Assembly (NCBI GenBank): GCA_965113315.1
Contig: OZ220363.1
Strand: one strand, 5' to 3'
DNA: 64,000 bases
DNA from: Podarcis vaucheri
Lineage: Eukaryota
The position numbers and the translations under genes were made by a program. Positions within the stretch are counted from its first letter, which is position 1, and the number at the start of each line of letters is the position of its first letter. Positions 56,889 through 64,000 of the stretch are shown piece after piece. A model generated the notes under the pieces. The model searched no databases. It saw nothing but the letters and a program-made list of their open reading frames with translations, and had not been told where the DNA came from.

Positions 56889-57134
56889 CGATATTAGCAC
56901 AGCTTTCTCCATCTTTATTGAGCTTCCAACCTTCATAACAGGAGCACTTAACGGTATTTTTATGCTGTTCACACACTTGGCTGCACTTCTGGTGTTTGGC
57001 ACAATAATCTATGAATTCACAGGTTTTATTGTCTGAGCTCAGGTACAATCCTGGTGAGCATGAACACACAATTCTACCTCCAGGAACTATTGAGCACTGG
57101 TGGCTGCAACCGCCATTGTTAAGCAAGCATTCAT
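56889..57134 (-). CDS. LRP1B: LRP1B coding exon (~exon 23): two EGF-like repeats
   Basis: 246 nt, CAG/GTAAG; [15 protein letters not shown]...[19 protein letters not shown]. Confidence 0.95.
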
Positions 57135-57356
57135 CTGCAATTGAAGAAAACAAAACAGAAGTTGGTGTTTTTCAGACATAAAATGCAGACTAAAAGAAGG
57201 CTACCAGATCTGTAGTAAATTGTACTGGATTGAGACTAGAGAAAATTAATGTATAGAACTTTTCAGGAATCATTATAAATAAATTTCACTGCATCTTTTA
57301 TTAGTGTTGGAAGGAAAAGTGGAGTATGTTACTACACATAAGGATTTTTGCTTATA

Positions 57357-57617
57357 CAGTGGTACCTCTGGTTACCAACGTAATTCGTTCCAAAGGTCCG
57401 TTCTTAACCTGAAACAGTTCTTAACCTGAGGTATCACTTTAGCTAAGGGGCCTCCCGCTGCTCCGCATGATTTCTGTTCACATCCTGAAGCAAAGTTCTT
57501 AACCCGAGGTACTATTTCTGGGTTAGCGGAGTCTGTAACCCGAAGTGTTTGTAACCTGAGGTGTTTGTAACCTGAGGTGTTTGTAACCTGAGGTGTTTGT
57601 AACCCAAGGTACCACTG
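57357..57617. mobile_element. Tc1/Tigger-like MITE with 16-bp subterminal tandem repeats
   Basis: TA|CAGTGGTACCT...AGGTACCACTG|TA; about four copies of TGTAACCTGAGGTGTT. Confidence 0.88.
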
Positions 57618-58063
57618 TAAAAGGTACATTGGGTGCCATTCTAGGTCAGAATAAAATGAATACAATAGGACCAAGTGCAACATCACAGTGCAAAAAGCCT
57701 ACCCTCTAAATGGTTGTCTACAATGGTAGGGATCACAAATGGTCTAGAGAACATGCATAGGTCATGGCAGGACTTGCCTCTCTAATCCCTTCACTGTATC
57801 ACTTTGACAGTGTGAAAATTATCACTGAATGCAGAGTTTGGAAGTCTGCTACAACCATCTAGAACTGGGAAGACAAAAATTGTGCAGATCCATTTCAGTG
57901 AAATGTTGTGCAATTTCAAGTGTAACAAGGAAAGGGATAATGAAAAGCTCAAGTGATAATGCACAAAGCTTTCACAATATTAATGTTTCCAAAGGGCAGA
58001 TGCAAGTATACACGATAAATCTGATAAAGGGAACTTTTTAATATAGGAAAGAGCAAGAAGTAC

Positions 58064-58264
58064 CACAAAGGACATCTTCATCAGATCCATCCGGGCAATC
58101 TCTTATCCCATTGCAGAGCTTCTCCGGCTGTAAGCAGATGGAAGTTTCATTTGCGCAGGGGTATTTTGGTGGTCCGCACATATACCCTTCACAATGATCT
58201 TCATCAGAGCGATCCTCACAGTCAATGTCCCCATCACACAGCCATGCTTTGCTAATGCATCTCC
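58064..58264 (-). CDS. LRP1B: LRP1B coding exon (~exon 22): two LDL-receptor class A repeats
   Basis: 201 nt, AAG acceptor and GTAC donor; [25 protein letters not shown]...[11 protein letters not shown]; phase 1 to 1. Confidence 0.95.
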
Positions 58265-59704
58265 CTTGAAAAAAGAAAAATAAACACACAGAATCAGACC
58301 AAAAGCAAATGCAGGAAAATATTCTGAACAAAAATGTTCGGAAAAACTTTGCCTTGTATTTTAAAATAACACCTACAACAAAGTTGAGAACAGCCATTTC
58401 CTGCCCCAATGTCAAATTTAAAAAGCGTTTGATGGAACAAAAGTGCACGGAAGTAATTCAACATTTTATCTGTCCAAGGAGAGTATATAGAGAAAATGTG
58501 TGTGTGCGCGCACAGTGTTATTAAAAACATGAGCTTTGTTCCTCTTCCTCTTTAGTGCATTTTTAAATGCAAAGGAGGGGGAAATTTTATGGGAACAGTT
58601 ACACTTTGCAATGTGACTAGGTAAAAACAGAATTCTGAATAAGAATAGAAGTGGTAACAAAGTATCCACCCCCCACCCATCCCCAATCCAAGATGAATCT
58701 GAAACAAATTTGTGAAGGATAATAATTTTTGAATAATCATAAATAAAAAGGGGTAATCTATGATCAGTTATTTGTTTAGATAGAATACTTATAAGCAGCT
58801 TCATATCTCTGAGACACTCTCAAATAGGGTTGCCATGTTTCAAAAAGTTACCACAATATCTGGTATCAAGTGCAGAAAGGCCCTACAGGGATATGCTTAT
58901 TCAGGTGACATTTTCTGCCTTCAGCCTTTGCTATTTTTTCTTTTATTTCCCCAACTGCCATTTTTGTTTAAGGAATATTAAAATATAGATCTGAATTATT
59001 GAGATTAAAGGCAAATATTGAGAGTTATTATGCTCCTAAATTTATTTCAAGTCAATTGAACTGCCGAAGCCCTGATTTTGTTTTAATCGCCCTTCCGTGA
59101 TCATTTTGTAGTTAGCTGTATCTCAATCCCGGTTCAAACACGAACAGTGGCACTGGGGAATCTGATGTTTGGCACCATTACACTATGGCTTACTATGTCA
59201 ACATGTGGACTCTTGGAGGGGTTCTTACAGTGGCTTTGCCATTGCCTCAATCTGCCTTACTCCTCTATCATGCTGAGCTAGGCCAAGGATTGGCTTAGAG
59301 TATGGTCTGAACCCAGGATCATGGTTAAGTTCTCTCCACAATGACCACAAACTGTAGCCAAGAAACTCAAGGCAACTGCATGTGTCCTGTTGTTGTACAT
59401 GAACTAACTGCACATGTGCCCATTTCTCTGCCTGTATCCATGCTTTCTTCACATGCTATTCATGAAAATCCTTTTGCTGTGAGTTTAACTATCTTGTAGG
59501 TACTAATAGTAAAAGGACAGTAAATAAAAAACTGGAAAAACAGGACCCCCAAAGCAGAAATTCTAGCCATCCATGACAGGTAACTTTGCTTCAATGACTC
59601 TAACAATCTCCCAGTTTTAACACATAATCTGTAAGGTATAATTAATTTAATAATATTGACTGACATAGTAAATAGTATACAACTGCACTTACTGCTAACT
59701 AATG

Positions 59705-59945
59705 CAGTGGTACCTTGGTTCTTGAATATATTCTGTTCCGGAAGACCGTTTGTGTTCTGAAACATTTGAAAACTGAGGCGCAAATAGCTATCTGTAAATT
59801 CAACTGAGAAAACTGAAAAACACAAAGCGGAAGCTGTTCGACTTCCGAGGCGCGTTTGAAAACGGAAGCATTTACTTCCGGCTTTTCGTCATTTGGGTTC
59901 TGAAACGTTCGTCAACGGAGACGTTTGAGAACCGAGGAGCCACAG
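59705..59945. mobile_element. Tc1/Tigger-like MITE
   Basis: CAGTGGTACCTTGGTTCT...AGAACCGAGGAGCCACAG imperfect TIRs. Confidence 0.75.
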
Positions 59946-62476
59946 TAATATACAATCATAAACTCAAAAAAACTTAATGATATATTTAATGGTGCTAAAA
60001 AAAACCCTATTCTAACATTGGACAGATTCCATTTCATATGAAAATAATTATCCAGAATACTCCCACTTTGCCTCCATTAATTTAAGCACTTCTGTAATCT
60101 TCCTTTTCCTTTTCTCATGTTGTCTACATCATTCCCATTAGCTGATCCATGCCCGATGCTCTGAGTATAGTACTATTGGCCCTTATTCAACTGCAAATGT
60201 GCAGGTCTGTCAGATAAGTAATTAGGGATGGACAAATAGGTTGATTTCAGTTCTCTGTTTCTTAAATTCAGTTCTTACATTTCCACGGCAATTTGTGTGT
60301 TTGTGTGTGTGTGTTTAAAAAATTCCTCATGAGAACTCATCAGCATTTTAGTGCTAATTTCTCTCAACGCACAAAAATGCAGTTTTGACTACTATACAGA
60401 CTTTTTCAATCAATTTCCCCTAATATTATTAAGCATCTTTGTGTGCCATTTTCATTAATATATGCATTTATATGCTCATTTTACCTTGCTAAATGCATTT
60501 TCTTCATTGCATGGTTGGAGAACTGCACTGCAAAACTAAGAGAAGTGCAATTTGCTGGATGGGTGCATTTCTTCTCTATCTCTAGTAGTAATTATACCTA
60601 GAAGTTATTTAACAGAAAGGAAGTATAGGGGGAAGGAACCCTCCTAAACAGCTGATATGTATGTGCTCTTTCTTGTAGGGGCTATAAACTTCTAGCCCCA
60701 GTTCCTGCATCATGTTGCAGAAACCGTGTGTGCAGCATAAATTGGCATGTGCAAGTCTTTATTGAGCTAGGGCAGAAATGGGGAACCTGTGGTTTTCAAG
60801 CTGTTACTACACTCAAATGCCCATAACCCTTCACCATGTTACCGAGGGAGCTTGAGTCCAACAATTTCTGATGAGCCATTGGTTCCCCATCCCTGAGTCA
60901 GGGGGACCTTTCTTGGGTATATCTACATCTACATCCTAAGCTGGGCCATGATGATTACATTCCAGAAAAATACGTAACATTCCTTTAATACAAAACCACC
61001 CGCCTGTGAATTTGGCACCATAGGCCTCCCCGATAAAATGTTTTTTGGGAGGGGGGAGGTCACGGAGGCGGCCCTGGGCCAGTGGCAATGGGAGGAGGAG
61101 GAGACTGGGCACCAGAGAGGAGGAGTTGCCAGCCATTGACACCATCCTGATGCCTCATTTGGCTCCACTCTCTAGCTCCTAGCATCCCTGTTTCACACAT
61201 ACATCATGTGTGCATCATCACCCCCTCAATCTTCTACTTAAGTTGGCACTTCTGGAGAGCCTAATCTTTCCATTTCAGTTTCTCTTAGCTTCCTATTTTT
61301 CTGTTCATCAATTTCCATATCAGTTTGCAATATATATTTTTAACATAAAAGCATTTTAGTGTAATATACACACCTTTGTACACAATCTTCCAGAATATAC
61401 ACATTTTTGTGAGAACATTTCCATAATAAAATGCATTTTGGTATATTGTTTTTATTAATATATGCAATCTTATGCACACTTTCCCCAAATACACACTTTT
61501 TTGTTGGAGAACTGCATCATAAAATTCAGAGAAGTGTGTATTTTGAAAGCTAGCTGTGTTTTGCTTCAGGTGTTGTTCTAGGAAGTATGAATTCCTCCCC
61601 ATCCCTACTCAGTGGCAGAAAAGTTCCCCAGATCTGCAAAGGAACAGCAGCTGTTGTCTCTCACTAACTTTTATAGCTGCCAACAGGCCCCATATTTTCT
61701 ATTTCTAAGAGGATTACATTCAACTTTCCCTGCTACATCCCTCTTCTAATTTTTCCCCTTGTTTAACCCCCCCCCCAATATTCACAGGTCTCATCCAACA
61801 TCTCACAATTGTTAATTTTTCAAAGTTGTTCGTATTTCCTCCTCTGTTCTCTTCAAGTCTGTTGCCTTGTTGGCCCAACATGAGGTTTTTATTTAATTGC
61901 CCAGTCTAGGCCAACAGAGAGCTAATGGAAGCCACTGATGCCAAGTAAATTGGAAATAACCCAAAGTAAATTGAGTTTGCTTCCATAATAACACACTGCC
62001 TCAATTCTGTTTTATAGATATATACACTTTTAGAATAAGTCTACTTCCTTGACTTCTTTTTCACTTTTCCCCTATAATTTATATAAAGATGACAAAATGA
62101 CATTGGTGACCCCTATTCTCTCAAAATTTCCAGGCAGGACTTCCGAATGGTATCTGGTCTAACTTTTGACAGGTGTGAACAGATTATTAACAGAGATTGT
62201 GGATGGATATTTCCTTCTGGCTATAAAAACACAAATATCCATTAATTAAACCAGCTGCTGTTACAATTTTTAATCGGTTAAGGACTTTTTTTAAAAAACA
62301 AACAAACTTACCTTAAAATATGTAAGTTAAAGGTATTAGACATGTTTTAAGTATTCCTGACATCATATAGCATATATGTAGTACAACCCATTTTAATGTA
62401 CTTAGCATGTTGTGATATTTTACTTGTATGGTTGTTGATTTAATTTTGTTCAGGTTTGTGACCACATAATAGATAT

Positions 62477-62929
62477 TGTCAGGGAACTGACATCAGAGGA
62501 AAGGGAGTTGGTAGGGCTCCCAGAGACTGGGAGAGAGTCAGCAGCTAAAGCAGGGACAAGGAGGGGGAGCGAGGGGTCTCTGGAGGAGGAGCTCAGTAAT
62601 GCTGAGAGAGACGCAGCAGCCCAGGCAGGAAACAGCAGGGGAGAGAAAGGGGTGAGAGACACTTCCAGCGAAAATAGCGGGGAGGTGTCAGAAGCAACTG
62701 CAGGGAGACCCATGCTTCGCCGGAAGCTGCCACGTCGTGAGTCCAGGAGACGCGTTTCCGTTAAGGAACTTCTTTGCTGGAAGCGCTTCCGCAGGCAGCC
62801 ACTGTCAGACTCTACTAGTGACTAGAGCAGACATGTCTGAGGAGCTCTGTCACACACAGAGGTTTGTGGGGCCGCACAAACTCTGAAGGGGCACAATTTT
62901 AAGCACAAGCAGCTAATCATCCCCTGACA
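62477..62929 (+). repeat. Gypsy 5' LTR (453 bp)
   Basis: TGTCAGGG...CCCTGACA 8-bp inverted termini; both ends align with the solo LTR at 16823-17257. Confidence 0.9.
62478..62825 (+). CDS. LTR-encoded ATG-less ORF (115 codons)
   Basis: VRELTSEE...LRRKLPRRESRRRVSVKELLCWKRFRRQPLSDSTSD*; codon-level conservation with 16927-17256. Confidence 0.65.
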   Translation, partial: VRELTSEERELVGLPETGRESAAKAGTRRGSEGSLEEELSNAERDAAAQAGNSRGEKGVRDTSSENSGEVSEATAGRPMLRRKLPRRESRRRVSVKELLCWKRFRRQPLSDSTSD

Positions 62930-62931
62930 GC

Positions 62932-62942
62932 AGTCTGACAGT
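62932..62942 (+). promoter_or_regulatory. Self-priming primer-binding site
   Basis: AGTCTGACAGT is the exact reverse complement of ACTGTCAGACT at 62801-62811; no TGG tRNA-type PBS. Confidence 0.75.
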
Positions 62943-62974
62943 CTTTGTACGCTGCCTGTGCAGGAGAAAGCATC

Positions 62975-63988
62975 ATGAGCAACCCAGCCGGAACCGGAGA
63001 GGCAGGGGTTGGAGCTGGTCCAAGCTTGGAAGAAAGGTATCAAGCTCTGGAGGTCCAACTTGCGCTGCAGACGGCGAGGCTCGAGGAGAGAAGGGCTCAG
63101 GATGCTGACAAAAAGGGGAGAACCACTCAGTTCCCCAGAAAGGTACCAGGATTGGTGCAGAAGTTTGGGGGGGACCCCAAGGATTACCATGCCTTTAGGA
63201 CCGAGATGCAATATGCCCTGAATGTGCAGTTTGATGAGTTCCCTGATGAGGAATCGCGAGTTGCTTTCGTAATTGGGCATCTTGAGAAGGGGGCGCGGGA
63301 CTGGGTTCGACCCCTGATGGCAAAGCACAACGATATCCTAAAGGACACTATGAAATTCTTTCGTGCAATGGATATCATGTTTTCCAGCGATATTGAGGAA
63401 GGGGTGGTGCGCAGACAGTTAATGGCTTGCAAGCAGGGAAGCAGATCTGTCCGTGAGTACTGGACTGAATTTACCATGCTGATTCACAGATTGGGGTGGG
63501 ATTTATCGGCAGCACCCATTCAGATGCTATTTGAAGAAGGTCTTTCTTCAGCTGTGAAAGACGAGCTGGCCAAGAGCCCCAGGGCGGTGTCTATGGATCA
63601 GCTGACCAAATCTGCGCTGACCATTGGAGCGCGCCAGGAGGCAAGAGCCTTGGAGAGGCGGGAAGGGAGAGGGGAACGTTGGAAGGAGTTACGCATTCCA
63701 GACATTCCTGAGCCAGCTTTCCCGCCGGCAGAGCCGATGGAAATCGGAACAGCCCGCGCGCGCGCAGTTTCAAAGCCCAGTGAGGGGGCGAAGAAGGAGG
63801 GAAAGGGAGCCCGGAAATGCTATCTCTGCCAACAGCCAGGCCACTTTGCCAAAGTCTGCCCCCAGAGGAAGGAATGGCAAGGGATGGTGGGAGCAGTTGA
63901 GGGGGAAGAGCAGGGAGAAACGGAGCAGGTAAAAGCCAACGCCTGGTTGCCAACGTCAGGGCACTGCAGCCAGGCCAAAGAGCAGTGA
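62975..63988 (+). CDS. gag: Retrotransposon Gag (capsid and CCHC nucleocapsid), 337 aa
   Basis: ATG at 62975; QGSRSVREYWTEF major-homology-like motif, EPMEIG, CYLCQQPGHFAKVC zinc knuckle; no stops or frameshifts. Confidence 0.93.
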   Translation: MSNPAGTGEAGVGAGPSLEERYQALEVQLALQTARLEERRAQDADKKGRTTQFPRKVPGLVQKFGGDPKDYHAFRTEMQYALNVQFDEFPDEESRVAFVIGHLEKGARDWVRPLMAKHNDILKDTMKFFRAMDIMFSSDIEEGVVRRQLMACKQGSRSVREYWTEFTMLIHRLGWDLSAAPIQMLFEEGLSSAVKDELAKSPRAVSMDQLTKSALTIGARQEARALERREGRGERWKELRIPDIPEPAFPPAEPMEIGTARARAVSKPSEGAKKEGKGARKCYLCQQPGHFAKVCPQRKEWQGMVGAVEGEEQGETEQVKANAWLPTSGHCSQAKEQ

Positions 63989-63996
63989 AAGTGCCC
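63928..63996 (+). promoter_or_regulatory. -1 programmed ribosomal frameshift signal (gag-pol)
   Basis: G_GTA_AAA in the gag frame, 6-nt spacer, H-type pseudoknot; -1 frame open to the window end. Confidence 0.78.
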
Positions 63997-64000
63997 GTGC

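Larger units (their letters stand above)
62477..64000 (+). mobile_element. Ty3/gypsy (sushi/Tf1-like) LTR retrotransposon, 5' part; continues beyond the window
   Basis: 5' LTR, non-tRNA PBS, intact gag and a frameshift signal. Confidence 0.93.

Noticed and set aside
57534-57610. CRISPR-like regular repeats
   Set aside because: Spacer-less 16-bp tandem repeats inside a Tc1-type MITE in eukaryotic DNA.
62975-63988. Domesticated PEG10/RTL-like host gene
   Set aside because: Preceded by an intact LTR and PBS with a related solo LTR elsewhere in the window; it is a retrotransposon.

Overview
Vertebrate genomic DNA, very probably a squamate reptile and most likely a lacertid lizard, inferred from Sauria SINEs, Bov-B, CR1/L2 and a tRNA-Lys+CR1-tail SINE. 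The whole window lies inside LRP1B on the minus strand. Nineteen coding exons (orthologous to human exons ~22-40, numbered from recalled exon sizes) can be read from 58264 down to 5908 with AG/GT boundaries and consistent phase; one is cut by a 132-N assembly gap. The introns are dense in transposons. They include a deleted Ty1/copia element with paired LTRs and a 5-bp TSD (9268-12624), the 5' end of a young sushi/Tf1-like Ty3/gypsy element (62477 to window end), solo LTRs, LINE fragments, SINEs and hAT/Tc1 MITEs. The most striking biology is in the gypsy family. Its LTR is itself protein-coding: an ATG-less ORF opens at LTR base 2, and its C-terminal 56 codons are 66% identical to those of a diverged solo LTR at 16823-17257, mostly through synonymous codon changes. 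The same element has an 11-nt self-priming primer-binding site instead of a tRNA PBS, and a G_GUA_AAA plus H-type pseudoknot -1 frameshift signal at the end of gag.
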